A program made the translations under genes and the position numbers. From the NCBI GenBank assembly GCA_046756925.1, contig JBHHXH010000004.1:1-61882 (forward strand): 61,882 bases of DNA, read 5' to 3'. The notes under the pieces are model-generated. The model worked only from the letters and a program-made list of their open reading frames with translations, had not been told where the DNA came from and ran no database searches. The DNA comes from Nitrospiria bacterium. GTDB taxonomy: Bacteria; Nitrospirota; Nitrospiria; SBBL01; JAADHI01. Shown here piece after piece: positions 1-10,063 of this stretch (positions within the stretch are counted from its first letter, which is position 1; each line of letters starts with the position of its first letter).

Positions 1-298
1 CCTCGGAGGGGTCCCACCTATATCCCCTAGCAGGATGTTAATGCTATCAGGTCTGCTGTTGACTTTTAAGCAGTGATCTCCTATATGGAGGAGTCAAGTC
101 GCTTATCGCCCAAAGCAGGAGAGGCAACGGATTGAATAAAAGGACCGTCTCGGCATATCGACTTCAATATTCATGGCATCCCGCAACTTCAATGAAAAAC
201 ACCTTTCACGCTCTTCTTTTTTCCTAAAAAAATTTGCTTCTTTATCCCGAAAGCCTTATCTTCATGAATATTCGCAAGTCCCGACACGACGCCGTTTC

Positions 299-1246
299 AT
301 GTTTTTAAGGTCCTTGTCTGTGGTAAAATCGCAAAATCCAAATCCGTCTTTTATAAAACCTGGCGCCCTTAAACCGGGCGGCACCGTGGGTGTCGTGGCC
401 CCGGCCGGACGTGTGGATTCGACCCTGCTGCAAAAGGGGATCGTCCGTTTAGAGCAGCTGGGCCTCAGGGTGATCTTGGGCCGCCATGTCGAAAAGGCCT
501 ATCGCTATCTGGCGGGAGCCGATCGGGAACGTGCGGAAGATTTACAATCGATGTTCCTCAACAAGGAGGTCGATGCCGTCTTCTGTGCGCGCGGCGGGGT
601 CGGCGCGGCCAGGATCATCCCCTTTCTCGATCCGGATCGCTTGAAAGGCTCCCCAAAGATCTTTGTCGGCTCCAGCGATATCACAAGCCTGCTGCTTTTT
701 ATAAACCGATCGCTCGGATGGGTCAGCTTCCACGGTCCGATGGTGGCCACCCAATTCGGGAAAGACCCCGCTCCCTTGCTTGAAAAACATCTATTCGAGG
801 TGCTGGCAGGCGAACGGGCAGAGATGCGCTTCGACGGCCTCAAAACCCTCCGCACCGGGATCTCGGAAGGCGTTCTGACCGGCGGATGTCTGACCCTCAT
901 CTGCACCACCATCGGCACGCCCTACGAGATTGACATGCAGGATAAAATCGTTTTTATTGAAGACATCAACGAAGCCCCCTTTCGGATCGATCGGATGCTG
1001 TCCTACTTAAAAGCCATCGGCAAGTTCGATGGCGTCCGAGGCCTTATCTTCGGACAAATGCCGCGCTGCTCCCCCGAGGCGCTCCCGGAGATCATCCACG
1101 ATATTTTTGGGGCATACCGATTTCCGATCCTCTTCGGTTTTCCCTCCGGGCATGGAGACAGCATCGCGACCCTTCCCTTCGGTGTGGCGGCCCGATTGGA
1201 TGCCGAGTCCACCGAGCTGAAATTATTGGAACCGGCGGTGGGATGA
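299..1246 (+). CDS. ldcA: LD-carboxypeptidase (peptidase S66)
   Basis: Motifs CARGG, GSSDIT (Ser), EDINE (Glu) and GHG (His). Start probably ATG 299 or GTG 320 rather than 173. Confidence 0.88.
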   Translation: MFLRSLSVVKSQNPNPSFIKPGALKPGGTVGVVAPAGRVDSTLLQKGIVRLEQLGLRVILGRHVEKAYRYLAGADRERAEDLQSMFLNKEVDAVFCARGGVGAARIIPFLDPDRLKGSPKIFVGSSDITSLLLFINRSLGWVSFHGPMVATQFGKDPAPLLEKHLFEVLAGERAEMRFDGLKTLRTGISEGVLTGGCLTLICTTIGTPYEIDMQDKIVFIEDINEAPFRIDRMLSYLKAIGKFDGVRGLIFGQMPRCSPEALPEIIHDIFGAYRFPILFGFPSGHGDSIATLPFGVAARLDAESTELKLLEPAVG

Positions 1247-1256
1247 AAAACACCAA

Positions 1257-2573
1257 ATGGAATCCGGAATGCGGAAAGACACGAACGATCAGATTCAAGA
1301 CCATCCATCATCGCCGGCAAAACCGGCCAATAAGGAGGGGAATGGGTTGATTTCCGTCGAAGCGGCCAGAAAGATCATCCTCAGCGAAATACACATTCTC
1401 GGGAATGAAAAGGTCTTGTTGTCCGAATCCCTCGGGCGGACCCTTTTCGAAGAGATCCGATCTCCCTTAAACCATCCCCCCTGGGATACCTCGGCGATGG
1501 ACGGCTACGCCGTCCGGACCGCCGACACAACAAACGCCGCCCCTGAAAAAACAGCCCGGCTGAAGATCATCGAAGAAATTCCCGCAGGGACCCTTCCACA
1601 AAAAACCGTCGGGGCGGGTGAGGCCGCCAAGATCATGACCGGCGCCCCCATGCCGAAGGGGGCGGACGCCGTCGTCAAGGTCGAAGAGACAACCCGGCGG
1701 GAAGAAATCGTCGAAATCCATCAGGTCCCGGAGCCCGGTGCATTTATCCGCTTCAAGGGAGAAGCGGTTCGAAAAGGGGAGCAGGTCCTCAATAAGGGGA
1801 TGCGTATACGGTCCGCCGAGCTCGCCATGATGGCCTCCCTTGGAAAATCGGTTGTCCCGGTTTTTCAACGTCCACGCGTGGCCATCCTTTCCACGGGGGA
1901 CGAGCTGGCCGATCTGGACGAAGCCCGCGGGGAGAGTAAGATTCTGAACAGCAACGGCTATGGCTTGGCGGCCCAAGTCACCGAAGCCGGAGGTCTGCCG
2001 ATCAACCTGGGCATCGCCCGGGACGATAAAGACGACCTAAGAGAAAAGATCAGCAATGGCCTTTCTGCGGACTTTCTGTTGATTTCAGGTGGCGTTTCGA
2101 TGGGAGATTACGACTTTGTGACAGAGGTCTTGGAATCCCTAGGGGTGGCCTTACGTTTTTGGAAGGTTGCCATGAAACCGGGAAAGCCCATTGCCTTCGG
2201 CGTGAGGAACGGTCGCCCGATCTTCGGCCTGCCGGGAAACCCCGTCTCTTCAATGGTAACCTTCGAGCAATTTGTCCGGCCAGCCATGCTGGCGGCCTCC
2301 GGCCGTCTCGATATCTTACGGCCGACACTGATGGCAAGTCTGGAAGCACCCTTGAAAAAGCGGCCGGGTCGGCCCCAATTTGCTCGAGCCCGCGTTTCGG
2401 TCAGGGAAGGCGCGTATTGGGTTCGCTCCACCGGCGATCAAGACTCGGCGATCCTGATGTCATTGGTAAAAGCCAACGCCTTCATGATCCTTCCGCCGGA
2501 AGGAGAAATGTTCAAAACAGGGGAAAAAGTACCGGTACAGCTCTTGTCCGAAGTCGCCCTTCCATCGGATTGA
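1257..2573 (+). CDS. moeA: Molybdopterin molybdotransferase (gephyrin-like)
   Basis: Motifs SAMDGYA, IMTGAP, STGDEL, SGGVSMGDYD, KPGKP and GLPGNPVS. Confidence 0.95.
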   Translation: MESGMRKDTNDQIQDHPSSPAKPANKEGNGLISVEAARKIILSEIHILGNEKVLLSESLGRTLFEEIRSPLNHPPWDTSAMDGYAVRTADTTNAAPEKTARLKIIEEIPAGTLPQKTVGAGEAAKIMTGAPMPKGADAVVKVEETTRREEIVEIHQVPEPGAFIRFKGEAVRKGEQVLNKGMRIRSAELAMMASLGKSVVPVFQRPRVAILSTGDELADLDEARGESKILNSNGYGLAAQVTEAGGLPINLGIARDDKDDLREKISNGLSADFLLISGGVSMGDYDFVTEVLESLGVALRFWKVAMKPGKPIAFGVRNGRPIFGLPGNPVSSMVTFEQFVRPAMLAASGRLDILRPTLMASLEAPLKKRPGRPQFARARVSVREGAYWVRSTGDQDSAILMSLVKANAFMILPPEGEMFKTGEKVPVQLLSEVALPSD

Positions 2574-2620
2574 TGTCATTTGCGACGCCGCTTAAGACCC
2601 TGTCCACCGTGGCCAAAAAC

Positions 2621-3703
2621 TCATTGACGGATATTCAGCAACAGGTAGACGCCGATGGTCAGGAAGAGGACGTTCGCGCTCCACCCGGCCAAGGCGGGAG
2701 GGAGGATCGCCAGCCGTCCAAGCGATTGACCCATGGAAAATATCAACCAATATACAAGCGCAACGGCGAGACTGATGGCAACCCCCCAAGCAAGACCCCC
2801 GCTCCTGTTGTCCTTAAGCGCAAAAGGGATCCCGAGAAGGACCATGATAAAATTGGCATAGGACAGGGCCTCTTTCCCGCTAAGGGCCACACGATACCGC
2901 AATGCATTTAAGTGATCTTCGGAGAGCTGTTGTATATAGGTGCGAAGGTCCCGATGGGTCATCTCCTTGATCTTCAAGGTCACCTTTTTAAAATCGGCCG
3001 GTTTTTTATTGAGATGCACCTTTTTTTGTTTAAAGGGGGTCGATTTTTGACTGCCGTCCGGGAAAAAAGTCCGATGGACGCCGTCTTCGAGAAACCATTC
3101 GTCCCCTTCGTAAAACAGCGTTTCAGCTTCATCTTCCTCGATGAGTGTGAAATCGTCACTGAGGGTATAGAGATCGATGCCCCGCATCTCCTCCGAAACG
3201 GAGTCGATCGAGCGGATATAAATCAACTTTCCATTGCCAAGCCTCATCCAGGTTTTATTTTGAACAAATCCGCCGACCGGCGCTTTTTTCTCGATTTTCA
3301 CGTTCCGGATCCAATTGGATTTTTTGCTTGCGATGGGGATCAGGCCGCCGGTCAAGTGATGGGAAATAAGACTGACGCCGATCCCAAAGACAAACATGGG
3401 CAGCGCCAATTTAAAAACGGAGATGCCCGCGCTCTTAAAGGCCGTCACCTCGTTTCGCTTTGAAAGCCCGCCGAAGGTGATAAGCGTGGAAAGCAGCACG
3501 GCCAAGGGCATGATTTCGAAAAGCATCCTGGGAAGTCTCAGCAGGAAATAGCCGGCCAACAGCTGAAATGCCGGGTCGAAACGATATAAATGCCGGATCT
3601 TCTCCAGAAAATCGATCGAAAAAACAATGAGGGCCAGTGCCACAACCGTTGCAAAATAAACCTTGAAATACTCTTTTAATATATACCGAATGAGTAATGA
3701 CAC
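2621..3703 (-). CDS. lptG: LPS export ABC transporter permease LptG
   Basis: RYILKE start, LSKRNEVTAFKSAGIS motif, 3+3 TM layout with periplasmic domain; directly follows lptF. Confidence 0.87.
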   Translation of the reverse strand: MSLLIRYILKEYFKVYFATVVALALIVFSIDFLEKIRHLYRFDPAFQLLAGYFLLRLPRMLFEIMPLAVLLSTLITFGGLSKRNEVTAFKSAGISVFKLALPMFVFGIGVSLISHHLTGGLIPIASKKSNWIRNVKIEKKAPVGGFVQNKTWMRLGNGKLIYIRSIDSVSEEMRGIDLYTLSDDFTLIEEDEAETLFYEGDEWFLEDGVHRTFFPDGSQKSTPFKQKKVHLNKKPADFKKVTLKIKEMTHRDLRTYIQQLSEDHLNALRYRVALSGKEALSYANFIMVLLGIPFALKDNRSGGLAWGVAISLAVALVYWLIFSMGQSLGRLAILPPALAGWSANVLFLTIGVYLLLNIRQ

Positions 3704-3705
3704 GA

Positions 3706-4830
3706 CTAAGGCCTTCTGCTTCTAAACCCGAACATCCTTGGAGAGGCGTGCGCAACAACCTTCCTAAACAAATAAAAACACAAGGGCGCAAACACGAGGA
3801 TTGGAAGCGACGCAGCCAGGATCGGAGGAACCAGGCGAATGGAGATCAGGTAATCCCCAAACGTCAACAACATGTAATAAAGGACGATGATGCCGACCCC
3901 GGCGCTAAACCCGCCCAGCGGGGCGATTCGGCCGGAGAGGATACCGAGCGGCATGCCGAGGATACAAAACACAAAAGCCGCCGGGGAAAACAAAAACCGC
4001 TTATAGAAGTCCGAAAGAAGGCGTAAAGACGCAACATCCCGCCCCTGCGTATCCGCGATGCGCCGTTTGATTTCGCGATAGCCCGGAGGATCTGAAGCGT
4101 TTTGAAAACCCGAGAGCGGAGAAAGACGAACTTTTAAGTCGTAATTGGCAAAAACCATACGTTGGTATCCGCTGCCGTTTTTTTCCCGTTGCTGAAGAGA
4201 GCCGGTGATCAGGTGGAGCCCAATGGTCTCCGATGCGGCATCATGGGTTAATATCCCTTTTTTTGCGACGATCACCGTGGGCAAGTCCCGGTTTCTCTGA
4301 TCGTAGATAAATACGCCTTCCAATTCTGAAAAAGTCGGCATGGCATCCACATAAATCGTCATCCCCGAAAAGCTCCCGTTGAAGGTTCCCGCTTCAAGCC
4401 CGACACTCGCCCGGCTGACAAGCACTTTCATGCCGAGCTTTTTAAACGCTGCCTTTGACGATTCGGCGTGAAACCCCATGAAAAGGGTAATCAGGGAAAC
4501 GAGGATCGAAAAGATCAGTACCGGGCGCAGCAGGCGAAAAAAACCAATTCCGTTGGCATACATCGCAATAATCTCGTTGTCGGAAGACAGCCGGTTAAAC
4601 GTCGTCACCGTCGACAACAAGACCGCCATTGGAATGGTAATGAGAAAAAAAGAAGGAAGCAGCCCTAAAAAAAGTTCCCCCACACTTGCCAAGTCAACGC
4701 CCTTGTCCAACACCAGCTCCATAATATAGAGAATCTGCTGCATGACCAAAATAAAAGTAAGAATCAGTATCCCTAATAAAAAAGGTCCGATCAGTTCCTT
4801 GAGGATGTATCGATCGACACGTTGAAACAT
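3706..4830 (-). CDS. lptF: LPS export ABC transporter permease LptF
   Basis: DRYILKEL and RLSSDNEIIAMYANG motifs; start taken at ATG 4830. Confidence 0.85.
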   Translation of the reverse strand: MFQRVDRYILKELIGPFLLGILILTFILVMQQILYIMELVLDKGVDLASVGELFLGLLPSFFLITIPMAVLLSTVTTFNRLSSDNEIIAMYANGIGFFRLLRPVLIFSILVSLITLFMGFHAESSKAAFKKLGMKVLVSRASVGLEAGTFNGSFSGMTIYVDAMPTFSELEGVFIYDQRNRDLPTVIVAKKGILTHDAASETIGLHLITGSLQQREKNGSGYQRMVFANYDLKVRLSPLSGFQNASDPPGYREIKRRIADTQGRDVASLRLLSDFYKRFLFSPAAFVFCILGMPLGILSGRIAPLGGFSAGVGIIVLYYMLLTFGDYLISIRLVPPILAASLPILVFAPLCFYLFRKVVAHASPRMFGFRSRRP

Positions 4831-4998
4831 AACAAAACCACTATACAGAGGTACCGATCTATTTGTAAACACAAGCTTTCCCCTACGAGCGCGATTAAAA
4901 AGTTTCAACATGGCTTGACTTCGGCGGCCGACCTTCCTATGCTTCACCCGGTGAATTTCCAATAGGGTGCCTTTGGATAGAATCGACAGGAAAGTCGC

Positions 4999-5955
4999 AT
5001 GCGAATTGAAGCCGAAGCGAATCGTTCGGAATGCTTCAAGCGGATATCGGAAATCAACCGCAACCGCATTTTAAACCACCTCAATGCGCTGGTGGGAGAG
5101 AGACACCCCGATTCGGCCCCCGCCGCAATGAAAACCGCCGTCGACTATCTCTTCCGTCAGATGAACTCCTATGGGATGAAGATCACAAAACAGCCGATCG
5201 ACTCAGATGCATGGCGTCCCTTTCCAAACATTATTGCCACCGCGACGGGCATGCGGGCCTCGAAGGCCCCTGCGGAGGAAGAATTATTAGTGGTCGGCGC
5301 CCATTATGATACAGTAAGCGCATCACCCGGTGCGGACGACAACGCCAGCGGGCTGGCGGTGCTCTTGGAGGTCGCGCGGATCCTTTCAACCATGCAGGGA
5401 GCGTTGCAACCGCAATTTGTCGCCTTTACGATGGAAGAGGCCGGCTTCCTCGGTAGTGAATATTACCTTCGAGAAGCGGAAAGACGCGGCGCCAAGATTT
5501 GGGGCGCCATCGTGCTAGAATGCGTCGGTTATACCGATCACGGCGACGGTTCCCAAAAACGGCCGCCGGGACTTCCCATACCGATACCGGATCGGGGCGA
5601 CTTTATCGGCCTGGTCGGTAACCGCTCGGCGGGGCCGATCCAAAGGGCCTTTGAGTCCGCCGTCAAAACGCATGTGCCGAACCTCCCCCTTGTGAGTCTG
5701 CTGGTGCCGGAAAATGGCGAAGCCGTTCCGGATACGCGGCGTTCCGACCATGTTCCCTTCTGGGACAGAGGCCTCCGCGCCGCCATGTTGACCGATACCG
5801 CGAATTTTAGGAATCCGCACTACCATGAGAAAAGCGATCGTTTGGAAACACTGGATCTCTCATTCATCACCGATATTGCCCGGGCCCTCGCCGCCGCGAT
5901 CGTCCGACTCTGCGAACGACAACATCCCGAAGAAAATGAAACAGGAAATATATAA
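4999..5955 (+). CDS. M28 family zinc peptidase
   Basis: Motifs GAHYDT, PGADDNASG, FTMEE, SDHVPF and YH. Confidence 0.88.
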   Translation: MRIEAEANRSECFKRISEINRNRILNHLNALVGERHPDSAPAAMKTAVDYLFRQMNSYGMKITKQPIDSDAWRPFPNIIATATGMRASKAPAEEELLVVGAHYDTVSASPGADDNASGLAVLLEVARILSTMQGALQPQFVAFTMEEAGFLGSEYYLREAERRGAKIWGAIVLECVGYTDHGDGSQKRPPGLPIPIPDRGDFIGLVGNRSAGPIQRAFESAVKTHVPNLPLVSLLVPENGEAVPDTRRSDHVPFWDRGLRAAMLTDTANFRNPHYHEKSDRLETLDLSFITDIARALAAAIVRLCERQHPEENETGNI

Positions 5956-6469
5956 AGGGGATCCGGTTCATCTCTTTACCGAATCGGTGACGCTTCCAAA
6001 TGGAAAAAAAACAACCTTGGAAATCATACGCCATCCCGGCGCGGCGGCGGTCGTCCCCCTCCTAAGCGACGGCACCGTGGTGTTGATCCGCCAATACCGT
6101 TATGCCGCCGGTGGATTTATTTACGAAATCCCTGCGGGAAAGCGCTCCAAGGGAGAATCGCCGGAGTCCTGTGCCCTTCGGGAAGTCGAGGAAGAAACCG
6201 GATACCGTGTCGGCACCCTAAAAAAACTCACGGCGATCTTGACCGTACCCGGGTTTTGCGACGAAGTCATCCATCTCTATCTGGGAACGAACCTCGTCGC
6301 CTGTGTACAGCAACTCGATGAAGATGAAGTCATTCAAATTATAAAAATACCCATCCGCAAGGCAATGAAAATGATTGTGGATCAGCACATCCGCGATGCA
6401 AAAACGATTGTTGCGCTGCAACTGGCCTATGCGGAAGCGCAGCGATCCGGGCTGATTAAAACATCATAA
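5936..6469 (+). CDS. nudF: NUDIX hydrolase, ADP-ribose pyrophosphatase-like
   Basis: Nudix box GKRSKGESPESCALREVEEETGY; also HPGAAAV, QYRY and DAKT. Confidence 0.85.
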   Translation: MKQEIYKGDPVHLFTESVTLPNGKKTTLEIIRHPGAAAVVPLLSDGTVVLIRQYRYAAGGFIYEIPAGKRSKGESPESCALREVEEETGYRVGTLKKLTAILTVPGFCDEVIHLYLGTNLVACVQQLDEDEVIQIIKIPIRKAMKMIVDQHIRDAKTIVALQLAYAEAQRSGLIKTS

Positions 6470-6477
6470 GGAGGCGC

Positions 6478-7944
6478 ATGTCGGAAGACATTATTTTCGA
6501 AAAGAGCGTAAGTGGACGAAGAGGCATCACTTTTCCGACCGAAAGCATCGAGGGCATCTCGCCCGACACCTATATCCCGAAAAAATACTTGCGGGAGACG
6601 CCGGCGCCCTTGCCGGAAGTGAGCGAGAATGAATTAATCCGGCACTACACCCGGCTCTCCGAGGAAAACTACGGCGTCGACAACGGTTTTTATCCGCTCG
6701 GATCGTGCACGATGAAATACAATCCAAAAATCCATGAAGATCTCGCACGGGTTCCGGGCTTCTCCGACATCCACCCGCTCCAGCCGGAAGAAAGCGTCCA
6801 AGGCGCGCTCGCCCTGCTCTACGAACTCGCCGAGATGCTTGCGGAAATATCGGGAATGTCGTCGATTTCGCTACAACCTGTGGCCGGTGCGCAGGGAGAG
6901 ATGTGCGGGATGCTGATGACGCGGGCCTATCATCAATCATTGGGAAAACAACGGCGTTTCGTTGTGATCCCCGATTCGGCGCATGGGACCAATCCGGCTT
7001 CGGCCCACCTTGCCGGATATACGGTTCAGACGGTTCGTTCAAATCGGGAGGGGACCATCGACCTGGAAGATCTCGCCAAGGTGGTCAATCACGACACAGC
7101 TGCCTTGATGCTGACCAATCCGAACACGCTCGGTCTATTCGAGCGGCAAATCGGGGAGGTGGCGAGGGTCGTTCATGATGCGGGAGCGTTATTGTACTTC
7201 GATGGGGCGAACCTCAATGCCCTACTTGGCTTGACCCGGCCGGGGGACATGGGTTGCGACATTATTCATTTTAATCTTCATAAGACTTTTTCGACGCCCC
7301 ACGGCGGGGGCGGACCGGGAGCGGGCCCGGTGGGTGTCTCGGAGGCGCTGGTCCCTTTTCTACCGTCTCCGCAAATCGAAAAAAAGGAGGCGACTTATTA
7401 TCTTGACGGCCAACGGCCTCAATCCATCGGCCGGGTTCACGGGTTTTACGGAAACTTCGGCATCTTGGTTCGCGCCCATGCCTACATCCGTCGATTGGGC
7501 GCGGCAGGTCTTTCGGCCATCAGCCGAAACACCATCATCAATGCAAACTATTTAAAGAAGCGTCTCGGCGAAGACTATTTCATCCCGATGAACCGTCCCT
7601 GCATGCACGAATTTATCGTATCGGCCAAAAACTTTCGGGATGCGGGGATTAACGCCTGGGATATCGCCAAGCGCCTTATCGATTACGGCTTTTACCCCCC
7701 CACCGTGAATTTTCCTTTAAACATCGAACAAGCCTTGATGATCGAGACACCGGAGAGCGAGGCTCGGGAAACCCTCGATGCATTCGCGGAAGCCATGCAC
7801 CAGATCCGTCGAGAGATCGATACGGCGCCCGACAAGCTGAAGGCTGCGCCGCAATCCCGTTCCGTCGGACGCATGAACGAGGTACAAGCGGCGAGGCATC
7901 TCGATACAAGGTATGAACCAAAAAACAGAATCTCAAAACCGTAA
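6478..7944 (+). CDS. gcvPB: Glycine dehydrogenase (decarboxylating) subunit 2
   Basis: Motifs YPLGSCTMKYNP, SAHGTNPAS and HFNLHKTFSTPHGGGGPG (PLP lysine); AGGAGG RBS. Confidence 0.95.
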   Translation: MSEDIIFEKSVSGRRGITFPTESIEGISPDTYIPKKYLRETPAPLPEVSENELIRHYTRLSEENYGVDNGFYPLGSCTMKYNPKIHEDLARVPGFSDIHPLQPEESVQGALALLYELAEMLAEISGMSSISLQPVAGAQGEMCGMLMTRAYHQSLGKQRRFVVIPDSAHGTNPASAHLAGYTVQTVRSNREGTIDLEDLAKVVNHDTAALMLTNPNTLGLFERQIGEVARVVHDAGALLYFDGANLNALLGLTRPGDMGCDIIHFNLHKTFSTPHGGGGPGAGPVGVSEALVPFLPSPQIEKKEATYYLDGQRPQSIGRVHGFYGNFGILVRAHAYIRRLGAAGLSAISRNTIINANYLKKRLGEDYFIPMNRPCMHEFIVSAKNFRDAGINAWDIAKRLIDYGFYPPTVNFPLNIEQALMIETPESEARETLDAFAEAMHQIRREIDTAPDKLKAAPQSRSVGRMNEVQAARHLDTRYEPKNRISKP

Positions 7945-8037
7945 AGACGGTGTGAGCAAAGTCATTGGGGTCTATGGACACAGACGATACAACAAACCCC
8001 CGCCGGTTTTCGGGCATTCATCCAGACAGGAGCTTAA

Positions 8038-9705
8038 ATGCAATCACATGATGTTTTGATTGTCGGCGCCGGGTTGGCCGGAATGCGGGCCGCCGTTGCC
8101 GTGCCTCCACACCTCGACGTGGGGATCATCTCGAAGGTGCATCCGGTGCGGAGCCATTCCGTTGCGGCAGAGGGCGGCATCAATGCCGCCATACGAAACG
8201 AAGACTCTTGGGAATCGCATATGTACGATACTGTCAAGGGAAGCGACTGGCTGGGAGATCAAGATGCAATTGAGGTGCTCTGCAAATCCGCCCCGGAAGA
8301 CATTATGGCCTTGGAGCGCATGGGCGCTCTTTTTTCAAGAGATCCGGAAGGCCGTATCGCCCAACGGAATTTCGGCGGCCTCGGCTTTCCAAGAACCTGT
8401 TACGTGGCCGATCGCACCGGGCACGCCCTCGTTCACCTGCTCTACGAACAACTGATCAAACGGGCGGCAAAAGTCTACGAAGAATGGTACGTCACTTCAT
8501 TGATTATCGAAGACGGCGACTGTTGCGGCGTGGTGGTTCTCAACCTCTTTACCGGGGCATTGTCTCGTATCCGCGCCAAGGCCGTCATTTTAGCAACCGG
8601 GGGATATGGACGGGTCTATCTCGTTTCGACCAACGGCTTGATCAATACGGGGGACGGAATGGCCATGGCCTATCGCGCCGGAATCCCTCTCCAGGATATG
8701 GAGTTTGTGCAGTTTCATCCGACCACGCTCAAAACAACCGGTATCTTGATCACCGAAGGGGCACGCGGAGAAGGAGGCTATCTTTTTAACGTACGGGGCG
8801 AACGCTTTATGGAACGCTATGCCCCCAAGGCCTTGGAGCTGGCCAGTCGCGATGTCGTCTCTCGGGCCGAGTATCGTGAAATCCTCGATGGACGGGGAAT
8901 CGAAGGATGCGTCATGCTCGATCTCAGGCATCTCGGAAAGCAAAAAATCATGGAACGGCTGCCGCAGATTTGGGAACTTTCGATGACCTATGCCGGCGTC
9001 GACCCGATCGAAGCGCCGATCCCGGTGACACCGGGCGTCCATTATTCGATGGGCGGCATTCCAACCAATATCCATTGCGAAACACCCGTGCCCGGACTGT
9101 ATGCCGCAGGGGAATGCGCCTGCGTGTCCGTACACGGCGCCAATCGACTGGGAGGCAATGCCTTAATGGAAACCATCGTGTACGGCCGTCGTGCGGGACG
9201 TTGCGCCGCAGAATACGCGGAGAAGACCGACTTCAAGTCCATTTCGGAGGCCCGTCTCGCCGAAGACAAAGCCCGGGTTCGGGCGCTATTGGCGCGAAAA
9301 GAAGGAGAACCCATCGGCCCGATCCGCGAGACGATCGGAACCGTAATGGCGGAGCATTTCGGTATACTGAGAACGAAGGACCGCATGGAAAGGGGCCTGG
9401 AAAAATTACAGGAGATCCGTCCAAGATTATCGAATTTTAGGCTCCAAGACCACGGATCCGTTTTCAACCTTGAATTGATCGACGCCCTACAACTCCAATC
9501 CATATTCGACCTCGCTGAGGCAACGGCCGTCGGCGCCTTGGCGCGTCAAGAGTCCCGAGGCGCCCACTCCCGTACGGACTTCCCGGAACGGAATGACCTC
9601 GAGTGGATGAAACATACGCTCATCCGGTGGAATGAAACGGGTCCCCGTCTGGAATACAAGCCGGTCACTGTGACGAAAATTCCGCCCGAAGAACGGAAAT
9701 ATTGA
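8038..9705 (+). CDS. sdhA: Succinate dehydrogenase/fumarate reductase flavoprotein subunit
   Basis: GAGLAG, RSHSVAAEGG (covalent-FAD His), EFVQFHPT, HYSMGG, HGANRLGGN and ESRGAH. Confidence 0.88.
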   Translation: MQSHDVLIVGAGLAGMRAAVAVPPHLDVGIISKVHPVRSHSVAAEGGINAAIRNEDSWESHMYDTVKGSDWLGDQDAIEVLCKSAPEDIMALERMGALFSRDPEGRIAQRNFGGLGFPRTCYVADRTGHALVHLLYEQLIKRAAKVYEEWYVTSLIIEDGDCCGVVVLNLFTGALSRIRAKAVILATGGYGRVYLVSTNGLINTGDGMAMAYRAGIPLQDMEFVQFHPTTLKTTGILITEGARGEGGYLFNVRGERFMERYAPKALELASRDVVSRAEYREILDGRGIEGCVMLDLRHLGKQKIMERLPQIWELSMTYAGVDPIEAPIPVTPGVHYSMGGIPTNIHCETPVPGLYAAGECACVSVHGANRLGGNALMETIVYGRRAGRCAAEYAEKTDFKSISEARLAEDKARVRALLARKEGEPIGPIRETIGTVMAEHFGILRTKDRMERGLEKLQEIRPRLSNFRLQDHGSVFNLELIDALQLQSIFDLAEATAVGALARQESRGAHSRTDFPERNDLEWMKHTLIRWNETGPRLEYKPVTVTKIPPEERKY

Positions 9706-10063
9706 GAAAATCGACTCCCCCGGCGAATCGCGAAGACCTCGCCCGGAAACGGGACAATACAAAAGGTATAGGGACCGGTTCGATAAGGATCGGTTCCGTT
9801 TCAATATAACGATCGTCATATCCGGAAGATTTTCTCGATATCGATTTCTGGGCTTTTTTTTCCGATCGTGTTAGACTGCCGAAAAGAATAAAATGACCTG
9901 GAACGAAGCGTAAATTCAGAGTTAGAAAAATATTGAATCCCCTTGTAAGGAGAGACGCGCCTTTTAAGCCCAACGGTAACGCCCGCTGAATGGTTGGCAA
10001 ATAAAAACAGCGGGTGATTCGGCTTTTTCAATCCCTCCAAATACGCGGCAGAAAATACCCAAC

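Noticed and set aside
1-110. GC-rich stems at the window start; minus strand GGGGATATAG resembles a tRNA-Ala 5' end
   Set aside because: What follows does not fit a D-arm and the segment runs off the window. No RNA family could be supported without an Infernal search.
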